From NCBI GenBank assembly GCA_002753105.1, contig PDZT01000003.1, positions 1,059 to 65,058 of the forward strand: a DNA stretch of 64,000 nucleotides, in the 5' to 3' direction. The notes below the pieces were generated by a model that worked only from the letters and a program-made list of their open reading frames with translations, searched no databases and was not told the DNA's origin. How positions within the stretch are numbered: the first letter of the stretch is position 1; each line of letters begins with the position of its first letter. Shown one piece after another: positions 1 to 10,093 of the stretch. This stretch comes from Deltaproteobacteria bacterium YD0425bin50 (GTDB lineage Bacteria > Desulfobacterota > Desulfobacteria > Desulfobacterales > YD0425bin50). Position numbers and translations under genes: made by a program.

Positions 1-968
1 TTGTTCATGGTTCTTTTGTTTAAATTCAGAATATCCGATTGAATTTTGGAAAGCAGCGTATCTTCTTCTAGTGATTCAAACAGATCGATATCACCCATAT
101 CACCGTATTGATTAATAATTAAACTGAAAAATTCCCTTCCAGATTGACCCAACGCAGAAAGCAGACTATTTTCTACATTGAAATATTGGTCTTCATCAGT
201 CATTCCCTGAACAGCAATGCGATCTAATTGTTTAGCTGAATAAGCAAGTTCCCAATATTCTCTACATGGATTCAGATAGTAAAAATCGACTTGAATTTGA
301 TATGAAAGTGCATAAAAAATTTCCATATAATAGGGGGGTAAAAAAGAAATACCAAAAATTGACACACGCTTTGGTATTCCTTGAATAGGTAAACCCTGTT
401 GAATGTGTTGAATCAATGTAGATTTTAACGCAGCAGAATGGGGTTGCTGATAGGTTTCTGATAATTGCTGCCAAAGTAACATTTGCCAAGACGAATGAAC
501 CCACTCCTGATGATGATTTTCCCCGCGATCCCATTCAAGTATCATCTCAGGGCGAAAAATCAGATAGTTATCAAAGGTTTGTGCAATTTTTTGAGCAAGT
601 TGAAAACGGTTAATTTCCGGATTGATTCCTTGAAGATAGTAATGAATCGGCTCAAAATCGGGTTTATGAATCATTTCCGGAAGGAGTTTCATGATGTTCC
701 ATGTCATGATCTCGATTGAGTAGGGTGTTATTTCATCGAGTGAAAGGATAGCACGAAACAGTCTATACACAAAGGCTCTTGGAAAAGGATATTCTATATT
801 CGCAGCAATGCTGTTATATCGAGCGATTTCTGTATTTAACCATCGTTCCATTCCTTTACTTTGAACAATAATTATTTCTTTTTCAAATGGTGCGAGAATG
901 GATTCGGTTAGGTTTAGGCTGAGTTGTTGAGCAAGTCGTTCAATACGATTGCTAGTATAAAGATTCAT
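1..968 (-). CDS. recC: Exodeoxyribonuclease V gamma subunit, N-terminal part (runs off window edge; absent from ORF track)
   Basis: Manual translation from ATG at 968: MNLYTSNRIERL...EIIIVQSKGMERWL...AANIEYPFP...FDNYLIFRPEMILEWD...RVSIFGISFLPPYY...YLNPCREYW, all matching RecC motifs. Confidence 0.92.
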   Translation of the reverse strand, partial: MNLYTSNRIERLAQQLSLNLTESILAPFEKEIIIVQSKGMERWLNTEIARYNSIAANIEYPFPRAFVYRLFRAILSLDEITPYSIEIMTWNIMKLLPEMIHKPDFEPIHYYLQGINPEINRFQLAQKIAQTFDNYLIFRPEMILEWDRGENHHQEWVHSSWQMLLWQQLSETYQQPHSAALKSTLIQHIQQGLPIQGIPKRVSIFGISFLPPYYMEIFYALSYQIQVDFYYLNPCREYWELAYSAKQLDRIAVQGMTDEDQYFNVENSLLSALGQSGREFFSLIINQYGDMGDIDLFESLEEDTLLSKIQSDILNLNKRTMN

Positions 969-999
969 CCGATATGCTCAATAAAAGACGAGGAATGAT

Positions 1000-1362
1000 T
1001 CAAGATTCATTCATAAATTGGTTCAACTTCATTAAAAGTGTGTTCAGCAGTTCTGTTAACTCATCAACTGTTTTACCTGCATGAGAAAGATTATTTTTAT
1101 CTCCCATTTCCTGTAATGAAAAAGCCAGTTCTTTGCCGGAAATTGAAAAATAACTGATCATTCCTTTAAAGGCATGTGCAGAATGTTTAAGTTTATCCGC
1201 ATCCCCATTGTCAATTGAAGTTTGAATATCCTTAATATATTGGGAATAATTATCTAAAAACATTTGTACAAGTCTGCATGCAAGGGTTCTATTATTATTA
1301 ACCGCATCTAAAAACATCGCTTGATTGAAAATTTCTTCTTGTTGAATTGTCTTTTGCATCAT
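1000..1362 (-). CDS. Hpt (histidine phosphotransfer) domain protein
   Basis: 120 aa, helical, LKHSAHAFKG phospho-His motif. Confidence 0.88.
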   Translation of the reverse strand: MMQKTIQQEEIFNQAMFLDAVNNNRTLACRLVQMFLDNYSQYIKDIQTSIDNGDADKLKHSAHAFKGMISYFSISGKELAFSLQEMGDKNNLSHAGKTVDELTELLNTLLMKLNQFMNES

Positions 1363-1399
1363 TCACTATTCACTATTCATTATGCATTATTCATTATTG

Positions 1400-1882
1400 T
1401 TATCCAAATCCCGATAAATAGGAGAGTTTAACAAATGCGTTGTTCATTTTGTCTAACCGGTTGATTAATTTTTCAATAATTCTGTCTTTTAATTTTTCTC
1501 GAATTTCAGGAGTCAGTTTTTCAAGAAAGAGTTTATCTACCATGATAACGAGTGATTTTTCATTTGAAATCACATTGGACGTTCTTAAGGTATTGGTTAA
1601 AAAAGATATTTCACCAAAAATATCACCGGGTTGAATCTGAGCGATTTCGACTTGTTGATTGCCCATATTCTTGGTTATTGAAACAGAACCTGCCAAAAGA
1701 ATATAAAATGCATTGTCATTTAAACCTTCTTGAATAATTGTTTCATCTTTTTCATACATGATAAAATGAGAATGAAATTCAAGAATCCGTTGTTTTTCTG
1801 ATCGTAAAAAATTATCAAAAAAATCCAGTTGTTTAATAGTCGTCCATATTTTTTCTAAGTCAATATTTTCAGCAGGTTTCAT
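1400..1882 (-). CDS. Cyclic nucleotide-binding domain protein
   Basis: IIQEG...FYILLAGSVSI...GDIFGEISFL...RTSNV signature; no HTH. Confidence 0.9.
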   Translation of the reverse strand: MKPAENIDLEKIWTTIKQLDFFDNFLRSEKQRILEFHSHFIMYEKDETIIQEGLNDNAFYILLAGSVSITKNMGNQQVEIAQIQPGDIFGEISFLTNTLRTSNVISNEKSLVIMVDKLFLEKLTPEIREKLKDRIIEKLINRLDKMNNAFVKLSYLSGFG

Positions 1883-1901
1883 TCAGTCATAAATATATTA
1901 G

Positions 1902-1942
1902 AACACGCATGATCAAAGATTATAATCCTGATCATACGTGTT
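1902..1942 (-). terminator. Putative stem-loop downstream of the beta-helix gene
   Basis: aacacgcatgatca...tgatcatacgtgtt imperfect inverted repeat. Confidence 0.35.
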
Positions 1943-1959
1943 TATTTTTTATATAGTTT

Positions 1960-3459
1960 TTATTTTATGGTCAATTCACCTTCAAAATTTGTCATATTTC
2001 CCCAGAAATTAATGATAGATGGCGACCATACTTTCCAAGAATAAGTACCGGGAGTTAACTTTAATTTTGCAAGTGAAAATTGATGTAAATTTTCTCCATA
2101 GGCCACACCTTTATTTTTTGAAACTGAGACGTTATGTGTGTCATAAATATCTACCCAGTAAAATGTGTCATCTGCCCTGTAATCCCATTGAATCAAATCA
2201 GAAGTTGATTTATACGGAAAATAATCCGCTTCATTGAATTGATATGCTCCGATGTCTATTGATGCGATGTCGGTACATTCAGAATCCGTTGTTTCGTCGT
2301 TTTCAGCATCCGCATCACATGAAGGATTATTTACTTCTACTTGCATATCAATACATGGAGATTCGGGTTTTAATCTATAATTCCCATTTAGTGGATCAAT
2401 GAATTGGGGCGGGGCATTGATATTGCCATATCCGACACATCCACCTTCTATATCAGAATAAGACGCATTCAGAACAAAACCGCCAATTTCGCTAGGCCGG
2501 TCATCCCAGAGAATACTTTGGGTAACATAAGGGCCGGAACCTTCAGCATACATAGCGCCGCCATCAATACCAGCAATATTTTCGCTAAACGTGCAGTTTT
2601 CAAAGACAGATGAAGAACAGGAAACAGAATAGTACAACCCAGCACCGTATCGACATGCAACATTGGATACAAAAAGGCTATCTTTGGCATATAAGGAAGC
2701 GCAACTCGTTACATAATACATCCCCCCACCATCAACAAAAGCGACATTACTTCGCAATCGGGTGCTGTATAAACTTAACGTTGAACTGGGTAACATGGTT
2801 CCATAAATTCCACCACCACTATTACATGCAGTGTTGTTGTTAATTGTACAATTGGTTAATATCAATGAGGATATACTGCAAGGCGCAGAATAATGAATTC
2901 CGCCGCCATTAAATATTGCCAAGTTGTTGTTCATAATACAATTTTCAAACTGTATTAATGGAAATAAAAAAGACGATTTACATGAGTAGTCAATATATAC
3001 TGCACCACCCTGATTCGCTGAATTATAACTCATGATACAATTCATAATTTTTGGAGCAGATTGTTCGATCAGCATTGCACCGCCCATATCCACATGTCCA
3101 TTGATAATGGTAAATCCAGAAATTATTGTTGTATCTCGTTCTCCAGAATGGAAATAAAATCCACGTCCGTTGTTTTCACAATCAATAATACAGGTTGAAG
3201 GCCCATTTTCTGAATGTAATGTGATTTTTTTACCCAATAAATCAATATTGGTATTTCCTTTTCCTTTGTATGTCCCACTGTAAACGATTACCACATCACC
3301 ATCTTTTGCTGCAATGATTGCGGATTGAATTGTTGCATACATGTATGGAACACTAATCAGACGAGCATGTACTGTTGATCCTACTACTGAATATGACACA
3401 CACAAAATCAGTATCAACCAAAACCAATTTTTTTTAACACATGATTTCATTTTTCCCAT
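1960..3459 (-). CDS. Secreted right-handed beta-helix (pectin-lyase-like) repeat protein
   Basis: Signal peptide; TIQSAIIAAKDGDVVIV..GTY; repeated N.A..GG(A/G)I motifs; PQFIDPLNGNYRLKPESPCID...DIGAY C-terminal motif. Confidence 0.8.
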   Translation of the reverse strand: MGKMKSCVKKNWFWLILILCVSYSVVGSTVHARLISVPYMYATIQSAIIAAKDGDVVIVYSGTYKGKGNTNIDLLGKKITLHSENGPSTCIIDCENNGRGFYFHSGERDTTIISGFTIINGHVDMGGAMLIEQSAPKIMNCIMSYNSANQGGAVYIDYSCKSSFLFPLIQFENCIMNNNLAIFNGGGIHYSAPCSISSLILTNCTINNNTACNSGGGIYGTMLPSSTLSLYSTRLRSNVAFVDGGGMYYVTSCASLYAKDSLFVSNVACRYGAGLYYSVSCSSSVFENCTFSENIAGIDGGAMYAEGSGPYVTQSILWDDRPSEIGGFVLNASYSDIEGGCVGYGNINAPPQFIDPLNGNYRLKPESPCIDMQVEVNNPSCDADAENDETTDSECTDIASIDIGAYQFNEADYFPYKSTSDLIQWDYRADDTFYWVDIYDTHNVSVSKNKGVAYGENLHQFSLAKLKLTPGTYSWKVWSPSIINFWGNMTNFEGELTIK

Positions 3460-3612
3460 AATCCGTAATCCTTTCTTAATAATTTGATGCCATAAAATTA
3501 AATACTACTAGGTTATTTCTACAGTTACACGTTTTGTATTTTTGGGTTTAAAAAATGTTTGATGTTTACTTCTGTATTAAATCAATTTTAGCCTTAACAC
3601 AAGCCATATCAT

Positions 3613-3641
3613 TTGACAAGTATATAACATATACATATACA
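3613..3641 (+). promoter_or_regulatory. Candidate sigma70 promoter
   Basis: TTGACA(3613-3618)-N17-TATACA(3636-3641). Confidence 0.4.
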
Positions 3642-3766
3642 CTAACTCTTAAACTTTTTATTCCATCGCAAGGAGGACGATTAAATGCGTAACTTCTTAT
3701 TTTTTATTTACTTTTTTTTCATCATGCGGTAATGCCTTTGATCACTAAATTTGATACAGAGATATT

Positions 3767-3873
3767 TACAGACTTTCAGATAATTAATTACACAAGGCTA
3801 GAGGGAGGAGATAATACATTTTAGTATATCTCTGACTGATAACGCAGTGAAATTATTTATCTGAAAATCTATA
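3767..3873. repeat. ~105-bp palindromic MITE-like element, family A, copy 1
   Basis: Terminal IR AGACTTTCAGATAA...TTATCTGAAAATCT; near-identical to 29234-29339. Confidence 0.85.
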
Positions 3874-4712
3874 TGATATGGAGCGTTACAATGACAGATA
3901 ATAATCAACCCCCAAAACCCGGAATAGATTTTGACAAGTTAGATTTATCTATTTTTGAATCGTTTGGGATGAAAACCAAGCCACAGTTCTCTACAAATGA
4001 ATCGAACACATCGGCTGAAGATATTATTTTGAATATCCATAAGCCAAAATCGTCTAGCTTAAAGCTTCCAATAATCATCATTTCTGTGATTATTTTTGTA
4101 GCCGTAACTATAGCCATTGTGATTTATAAAACTAAGGATAATCCAGCCGATAATCTCAGTGTCCCCGGACTTCTGTGTAAAAATTCAAAGGATTCTGCTG
4201 ATGCATTACTTGATTCTATGATCGAATTAAGCAGGCTCGCTAAAGATGACATATCCGTGTCCAAAATAGATGCTGTTTTAGATGTTATTGATAAAGCCCA
4301 AGCTAATCTAAAAGAATATGAAAAAAATGTTCAGATATTCGTTTCAAGTATTTCGAATTATCAACCTAAAGAGCGAGACATAATTTATGATACTTATGTA
4401 AAAGTAGCTAAATATTATCTGCTCGATTTTGAAAAAGCCTATAATGATGCATTGATTGACTATTTAAAAACATTTAAAAAAGTATTAGAATATCAAAGTC
4501 AATACAAAAATGAAATCCAGAATGGGGTTCAGCCTCAACGCTCCACTTATGAAACATATAATTTTAAACACCAATTTTCAAACAAAACCTACCAAGCTGT
4601 GAATAGTAATCGAATCAAACAAATAAAGAAATTTATTAGTGAAGATCCAGCCCTTGGAGCGTATTTGCCAAGTACCAATGCTCCGACATGGTTTACGTTT
4701 CCGAATAGTTAA
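3873..4712 (+). CDS. Hypothetical single-pass membrane protein (true start probably 3891)
   Basis: One hydrophobic segment (LPIIIISVIIFVAVTIAIVIY) followed by a helical domain. Confidence 0.7.
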   Translation: MIWSVTMTDNNQPPKPGIDFDKLDLSIFESFGMKTKPQFSTNESNTSAEDIILNIHKPKSSSLKLPIIIISVIIFVAVTIAIVIYKTKDNPADNLSVPGLLCKNSKDSADALLDSMIELSRLAKDDISVSKIDAVLDVIDKAQANLKEYEKNVQIFVSSISNYQPKERDIIYDTYVKVAKYYLLDFEKAYNDALIDYLKTFKKVLEYQSQYKNEIQNGVQPQRSTYETYNFKHQFSNKTYQAVNSNRIKQIKKFISEDPALGAYLPSTNAPTWFTFPNS

Positions 4713-4799
4713 TAATCTTTGTTAAGTTTCAAGCTACCTTTTTTCAAACTACGCTGCATCATGTAATCTCAATTTATGCTTAAGGATCAAAAAAAAAAC

Positions 4800-5648
4800 A
4801 TGACCATACCCATAATTGATTGTCATACGCATATTTTTCCAAAAGAAATTCGGGAGAGCCGGGAAAATTATTTAGTTGATGAGCCGGCGTTTAATATACT
4901 TTATCATTCTCCAAAATCGAAACTTTGTGGGGCGGCTGAATTGATTCAAATGATGGATGAACAAGAGATTCAAACATCCATTGTGTTGGGTTTTCCATGG
5001 AAAAAAAAAGATACATTTCAGCGTCATAATGATTATCTGTTGGAATCTGTAATGAAATATAAAGGTCGATTGATTGGGCTTTGCTGTTTTGATTTATGGA
5101 ACCCTCACGCTGCTGATGAATTAGAACGATGTCTGCAGGCAGGCCTTTCGGGAGCAGGTGAGCTTGCTTTTTATGATGATTCTTTTGACCAGTATGCTCA
5201 AAGCATGCTTCCTCAAATTATGGATATATGCAGAGAAAAAAATGTCCCAATGATGTTGCATACCAATGAACCGGTTGGTCATGCATATCATGGAAAAACA
5301 AATATGCAATTACCCCATTTGTATAAACTGATTCAGCAGTTTAAGCAGAACACTATTATTTTAGCACACTGGGGAGGTGGTATATTTTTCTACAATTTAA
5401 TGAAACGTGACGTGAAAGAAACCTTAAGTAATGTTTATTTGGATACAGCCGCATCGCCTTATTTGTACGATCCCTCAATATATGCCTGCGCAATTCAAGT
5501 TTTTGGAAGTCAAAAAATTCTTTTCGGCAGTGATTATCCCTTGATAAAACCCAAACGGTATGTTCAGGAAATGGAGCAGGCAAATCTATCCCAACAGGAC
5601 TTTATAGCAATATGTTCAGATAATGCCCGAAAGCTATTTAACCAATGA
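4800..5648 (+). CDS. Amidohydrolase family protein (Amidohydro_2-like)
   Basis: IIDCHTH, MLH, ILAHWGGG, YLDTA and LFGSDYP motifs. Confidence 0.9.
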   Translation: MTIPIIDCHTHIFPKEIRESRENYLVDEPAFNILYHSPKSKLCGAAELIQMMDEQEIQTSIVLGFPWKKKDTFQRHNDYLLESVMKYKGRLIGLCCFDLWNPHAADELERCLQAGLSGAGELAFYDDSFDQYAQSMLPQIMDICREKNVPMMLHTNEPVGHAYHGKTNMQLPHLYKLIQQFKQNTIILAHWGGGIFFYNLMKRDVKETLSNVYLDTAASPYLYDPSIYACAIQVFGSQKILFGSDYPLIKPKRYVQEMEQANLSQQDFIAICSDNARKLFNQ

Positions 5649-5654
5649 GATATT

Positions 5655-5921
5655 ATGCTAGAAAAAGCGAAACAACAAATCAAAGAAGCCGCATTCAGTT
5701 TAGGTACTGGAGATCGATTCCGTATTGATCTGGTCAGAAAGCGTACGGATTTACCCCAAAAAGTTTTTGATAAAACCTTGCGCTATCTCAATGATATCGG
5801 TGAAATCGAACTTTATACCGGCGATACAGATGATCTCTCTGATCATCAACTCAGTAATCTTCTCTCTAAAAACCAAAAACAATACGTTTTTTTTTCATAT
5901 GTGTTGGGTAGGGAAGAATAA
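5655..5921 (+). CDS. Small hypothetical protein, possibly winged-helix
   Basis: 88-aa ORF 6 nt downstream of amidohydrolase; helix-helix-strand pattern. Confidence 0.55.
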   Translation: MLEKAKQQIKEAAFSLGTGDRFRIDLVRKRTDLPQKVFDKTLRYLNDIGEIELYTGDTDDLSDHQLSNLLSKNQKQYVFFSYVLGREE

Positions 5922-8036
5922 TTATTCGCCTTCTCGTTTCAATTGATCTAAATTTTTTTTGGCGTTCTGATTTTCTGGCCATAAAGCAATAGATCGAAGT
6001 AAGACTTCTTTTGCTTTATCTTTTTGCTGAAGCTCAAGATGACATATCGCTAAATTGTTGAGTATTCGTGACAAAATATGAGAGTTCCCTTTGGACAAAT
6101 CTATGGATTCGGATAGGTTGAACGCTTCCTCAAATTGTTTTTGTTCAATTAAAATAGAAGTTAAATTCAATACAGCCATAGATGCAGTCTTGTCTTTCTC
6201 AATACATTTTTCAAAATACATTTTGGCTTCATTAAGTTTCCCTAACCTTCGTAATACATAGCCCTTGTCATTTAACCTTTCAGTATCATTTGAATCAAAC
6301 AGATGCTTTTCAAATCCCTCATTGAGTTTGTCCAATGCTTGCTGATCTTGTTTATCTTGAATGAGTGCCTGAATGAGCGCGAGTAAATCCCGGGAATTTA
6401 AAGGTTCACGGTAATATGCTTGGGTAAATGCGTTGACCGCTTCTGAATATTGTCCTTTGGCAGTGGTTAATCTGCCGTATAAATAATATCCGCCATCAAA
6501 TTCAGGCATGTCAGAACAAAGCTGCTTTGCAATTGTTTCTACTGCTTGAAAATCACTCTCACCCATCAACACCAATCCTTTGACCAGCAGATATTCTTTA
6601 TGAAGCTTGGCATCATACTGCACACGATCTAAGTATGATTTGGCCTCATTCAGTTGATTTCTGTCTAAAGCCACAATAGCTAAACCTAAATAAGTTAAGG
6701 TTGAAGGTGCAATGGAAAGCGCTTTATGAAAAACTTCAGCAGCTTCTTGTTGACGATTTGCTTTCAGCAGGCTCATTCCAAAATTGGTTTGCGCTCGGGA
6801 ACATGAGGGATTTACTTGAACATTATGTTTCCAAAATTCCATTTCAGATAACCAATAATGAATTTCTGACTGGGTTTTGAATCCTAACAGGCAGGTACCT
6901 ATACAGCAAACAAAAGCAGCAATCCGTAATATACGCAAATGATATTTTGTCAAATAGACGATAATACCGATGATTGAAATCCATAAGCCAACGATAGGAA
7001 GATATAAATAATGTAATGCGAACCGCTCAACATGCGGAATGATATTGCTCATGGGTAACATAATCATCAGGTAAAACAGCCAGCCAAAAGCAATCTGACG
7101 TAATCCATTTTGTCTTTTATCATTAGAATCCAGAAGAATATACATAGAAATACCAGACAATAGAAAAACCGAGCACAACGATAACCATGCATGAATATCA
7201 GAGACATTGATCAATGGAATAGCATGATAACTATAATCTGCAGCAAGGTTTATAGGAAAAAAAACCACAGAAATATAGTTAAGTAAAAGCACGCTCACGT
7301 TTAACAGATGTGTCCAAAAATTTCCGCCCATAAATCCAGCCTGTAATACTGGATAGGCTTGGCCTAATAAATGAATCCATAACCCGATAAGCAGGATCAT
7401 CATGAAAGTCAAAACAATGAATTTGCCTTTTTTGATGTGTATTGAATGTTGGGGTATCGTGTTGTACTGCCAAATCATCAGGATGCCTCCCATTAAAGGA
7501 AGTGTTATCCCAGATTCTTTTGATGACATAGACAAGGCTGTAAACAGAACAAGCATGATCCATCTGTGATTCGTGGATAAGATAAATACAAGTAATCCAG
7601 ATAAATAAAAAAATGAATATAAAAGATCGCGTCTGCCAGAAATATATACAACGGATTCGATTTGTACTGGATGAATAGCAAAAGCGACAAGTATGCTCAT
7701 ATGAAACAGCCAGTCTGGTGTTGATTTAGGTAAGAAGATTTTTTGTAAAAGAATATGTAGCAACAGAATATTGATGCTATGATAAATGAGGTTTGCGATA
7801 TGAAATGTTCTGGGTTCAAAAGCGCCAAATTGAAGATCAATGAGATAAGATAGATTGCGTAATGGACGGTAACTTGATATCCAGTGAATCGGATTCTTTA
7901 TAAATGGAGTATTGACGAGAACATGCCAATCATCAAATAAAAAAGGGCCGTTCATTCCAGACAAAAATACTACATTCGTCAACCAGAGAATCAATAACAG
8001 AACAATCGCTTGATAGATGATATACGGCTGTTTCAT
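5922..8036 (-). CDS. TMTC-like multi-pass membrane glycosyltransferase with C-terminal TPRs
   Basis: FLFDD, YRPL, FAIHPVQIESVVYISGRRDLL, SKESGITLP, ERFALHYLYLP motifs; TPR tail. Confidence 0.85.
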   Translation of the reverse strand: MKQPYIIYQAIVLLLILWLTNVVFLSGMNGPFLFDDWHVLVNTPFIKNPIHWISSYRPLRNLSYLIDLQFGAFEPRTFHIANLIYHSINILLLHILLQKIFLPKSTPDWLFHMSILVAFAIHPVQIESVVYISGRRDLLYSFFYLSGLLVFILSTNHRWIMLVLFTALSMSSKESGITLPLMGGILMIWQYNTIPQHSIHIKKGKFIVLTFMMILLIGLWIHLLGQAYPVLQAGFMGGNFWTHLLNVSVLLLNYISVVFFPINLAADYSYHAIPLINVSDIHAWLSLCSVFLLSGISMYILLDSNDKRQNGLRQIAFGWLFYLMIMLPMSNIIPHVERFALHYLYLPIVGLWISIIGIIVYLTKYHLRILRIAAFVCCIGTCLLGFKTQSEIHYWLSEMEFWKHNVQVNPSCSRAQTNFGMSLLKANRQQEAAEVFHKALSIAPSTLTYLGLAIVALDRNQLNEAKSYLDRVQYDAKLHKEYLLVKGLVLMGESDFQAVETIAKQLCSDMPEFDGGYYLYGRLTTAKGQYSEAVNAFTQAYYREPLNSRDLLALIQALIQDKQDQQALDKLNEGFEKHLFDSNDTERLNDKGYVLRRLGKLNEAKMYFEKCIEKDKTASMAVLNLTSILIEQKQFEEAFNLSESIDLSKGNSHILSRILNNLAICHLELQQKDKAKEVLLRSIALWPENQNAKKNLDQLKREGE

Positions 8037-8167
8037 TTTTCTTTACTGTATGCGTTTCGGTAAGGAGTAGGTTGTAACTTTATTTTTTTTTATATCATCA
8101 TAGAAAATTTTTACATGCAATAAATTTGTAAGTGTGGCATGAATCATAAAAGTTTTATCAAAAAAAT

Positions 8168-8272
8168 TATAGTTTTTCAGAAAAGAATTTTGGCAAGGCA
8201 GCAGGGAGGAAGGTGTATACCTAATACATCGACGACCGATAACGCAGCAAAAAACTTTTCTGGAAAGCTATA
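8168..8272. repeat. Diverged family A palindromic element
   Basis: TATAGTTTTTCAGAAAAG...CTTTTCTGGAAAGCTATA termini; internal CAAGGC..GGGAGGA...GACCGATAACGCAG shared with other copies. Confidence 0.7.
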
Positions 8273-8298
8273 GTTCGTTATTTTTTTTTTGATGAATC

Positions 8299-8312
8299 TT
8301 GATCTATGTCAA
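8299..8312 (+). promoter_or_regulatory. Crp/Fnr-family (HcpR/Dnr-type) binding site upstream of hcp
   Basis: TTGAT-CTAT-GTCAA, one mismatch from TTGAT-N4-ATCAA, ~80 bp before the hcp start. Confidence 0.6.
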
Positions 8313-8393
8313 AGAAAGTGATGATTTTTTCGTGTATCAATGTATTTAATCTGGAACGAACATCATCAACAACAAAAAAAAATGGAGGGTAAC

Positions 8394-10022
8394 ATGTTTT
8401 GTTTTCAATGTGAACAAACAGCAAAAGGTGAAGGGTGTACAAAAGTAGGTGTATGCGGAAAACAACCTGAAGTCGCAGCATTACAGGATTTGCTTATTTA
8501 TTCAGTCAAGGGATTATCTGTGTATGCTGTCGAAGCCAGAAAAAAAGGAATTATTGATGATAATATCAATCGATTTACCTGTGAAGCTATTTTTTCAACA
8601 TTAACCAATGTAGATTTTGATCCAAATCGGTTTGTAGAATGGATTCACCAGAGCGTGGCTTATCGGGATGCATTAAAACACAAACTGACGGCTGCCGGTG
8701 CTTCTATAAGCGTTTCTTCCGGACCTGTTACATTTCAACCAGAAAAAACAATTCAAGGCTTGATCAAACAAGGCGAAACGGTTGGAGTTCAATCGGATCC
8801 AACACTGGACCGCAATATTTTATCATTAAGAGAACTTCTGGTTTATGGACTCAAAGGCGTTGCCGCTTATGCTGATCATGCTGCAATTTTAGGGAAAAAA
8901 GAGGATAAAGTGTTTGCTTTTATTCATGAAGCAATGGCTTCAACGTTAAATACATCTTTGACTGTCAACGAGTTGATTGGGTTGGTACTCAAATGCGGTG
9001 AAATCAATTTACTGGCAATGGAGTTATTGGATGCAGGCAATACAGGCGCTTATGGACATCCAGTTCCTACAAGTGTTCCACTTGGCGCTAAAAAAGGAAA
9101 GGCAATTCTGGTATCAGGTCATGATCTCAAGGATTTAGAAGTTCTGTTAAAGCAAACCGAAAATACAGGTATCACTATTTATACACATGGAGAGATGTTA
9201 CCATCTCATGGGTATCCAGAATTGAAAAAATATAAACACTTTTATGGCCATTATGGAACTGCATGGCAAAATCAGCAAAAAGAATTTGATGCATTTCCGG
9301 GCGCAATTCTCATGACAACCAATTGTATTCAAAAACCAAAAGACACCTATAAGGATCATATTTTCACAACTGGTCTTGTTGGGTTTCCGGGCGTTACGCA
9401 TGTTGCAGTAAAAGATTTTACGCCAGTGATTGAACGTGCAAAAGCGCTTCCCGGATTTGCAAATGATGAAGACAAAGGGTCAGTGATGGTCGGTTTTGCC
9501 CGAAATGCAGTTTTAGGTGTGGCAGATAAAGTGATTGATGCGGTCAAACAAAAAGCCATCCGTCATTTCTTTTTAGTTGCTGGATGTGACGGTGCAAAAC
9601 CGGGTCGAAATTACTACACTGAATTTGTGGAAAAAGTACCTAATGATTGTATTGTTCTTACACTTGCATGTGGTAAATTTAGATTTTTTGATAAAAATTT
9701 AGGTACTATTGGTGGAATTCCAAGGCTTCTTGATATCGGTCAATGTAATGATGCATATTCTGCAATTCAAATTGCACTAGCGCTTGCAAATGCCTTTGGT
9801 TGTGGCGTGAATGATCTGCCGTTATCCATGATTCTATCGTGGTATGAACAAAAGGCTGTTGCAATACTATTAACATTACTATATTTAGGGATTAAAGATA
9901 TCCGTTTGGGCCCATCACTCCCAGCATTTATTTCTCCAGATGTTTTAAATGTTCTTGTAAACCAATTTAATATCATGCCCATTAAAACACCGGATGAGGA
10001 TTTAAAAGCGATTTTAGGATAA
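8394..10022 (+). CDS. hcp: Hybrid cluster protein (hydroxylamine reductase)
   Basis: MFCFQCEQTAKGEGCTKVGVCGK, SGHDL, THGEMLP, GCDG, GQCNDAYSA, SWYEQKA; GGAGG RBS before ATG 8394. Confidence 0.98.
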   Translation: MFCFQCEQTAKGEGCTKVGVCGKQPEVAALQDLLIYSVKGLSVYAVEARKKGIIDDNINRFTCEAIFSTLTNVDFDPNRFVEWIHQSVAYRDALKHKLTAAGASISVSSGPVTFQPEKTIQGLIKQGETVGVQSDPTLDRNILSLRELLVYGLKGVAAYADHAAILGKKEDKVFAFIHEAMASTLNTSLTVNELIGLVLKCGEINLLAMELLDAGNTGAYGHPVPTSVPLGAKKGKAILVSGHDLKDLEVLLKQTENTGITIYTHGEMLPSHGYPELKKYKHFYGHYGTAWQNQQKEFDAFPGAILMTTNCIQKPKDTYKDHIFTTGLVGFPGVTHVAVKDFTPVIERAKALPGFANDEDKGSVMVGFARNAVLGVADKVIDAVKQKAIRHFFLVAGCDGAKPGRNYYTEFVEKVPNDCIVLTLACGKFRFFDKNLGTIGGIPRLLDIGQCNDAYSAIQIALALANAFGCGVNDLPLSMILSWYEQKAVAILLTLLYLGIKDIRLGPSLPAFISPDVLNVLVNQFNIMPIKTPDEDLKAILG

Positions 10023-10032
10023 TGTTGATAAT

Positions 10033-10064
10033 AGGGTAGGGCGATGAAAAGTCGTCCCTATCCA
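10033..10064 (+). terminator. Stem-loop after hcp
   Basis: gggtagggcgatgaaaagtcgtccctatcc hairpin; no strong U-tract. Confidence 0.4.
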
Positions 10065-10093
10065 TAAAAGACAAAACATAAGGAGACATCTCC

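Noticed and set aside
262-719. ORF-track 90-aa and 78-aa ORFs
   Set aside because: Alternative frames overlapping recC
1360-1398. Short ATTCACT/ATTCATT tandem repeats
   Set aside because: About five degenerate 7-mers in an intergenic gap; no function can be supported
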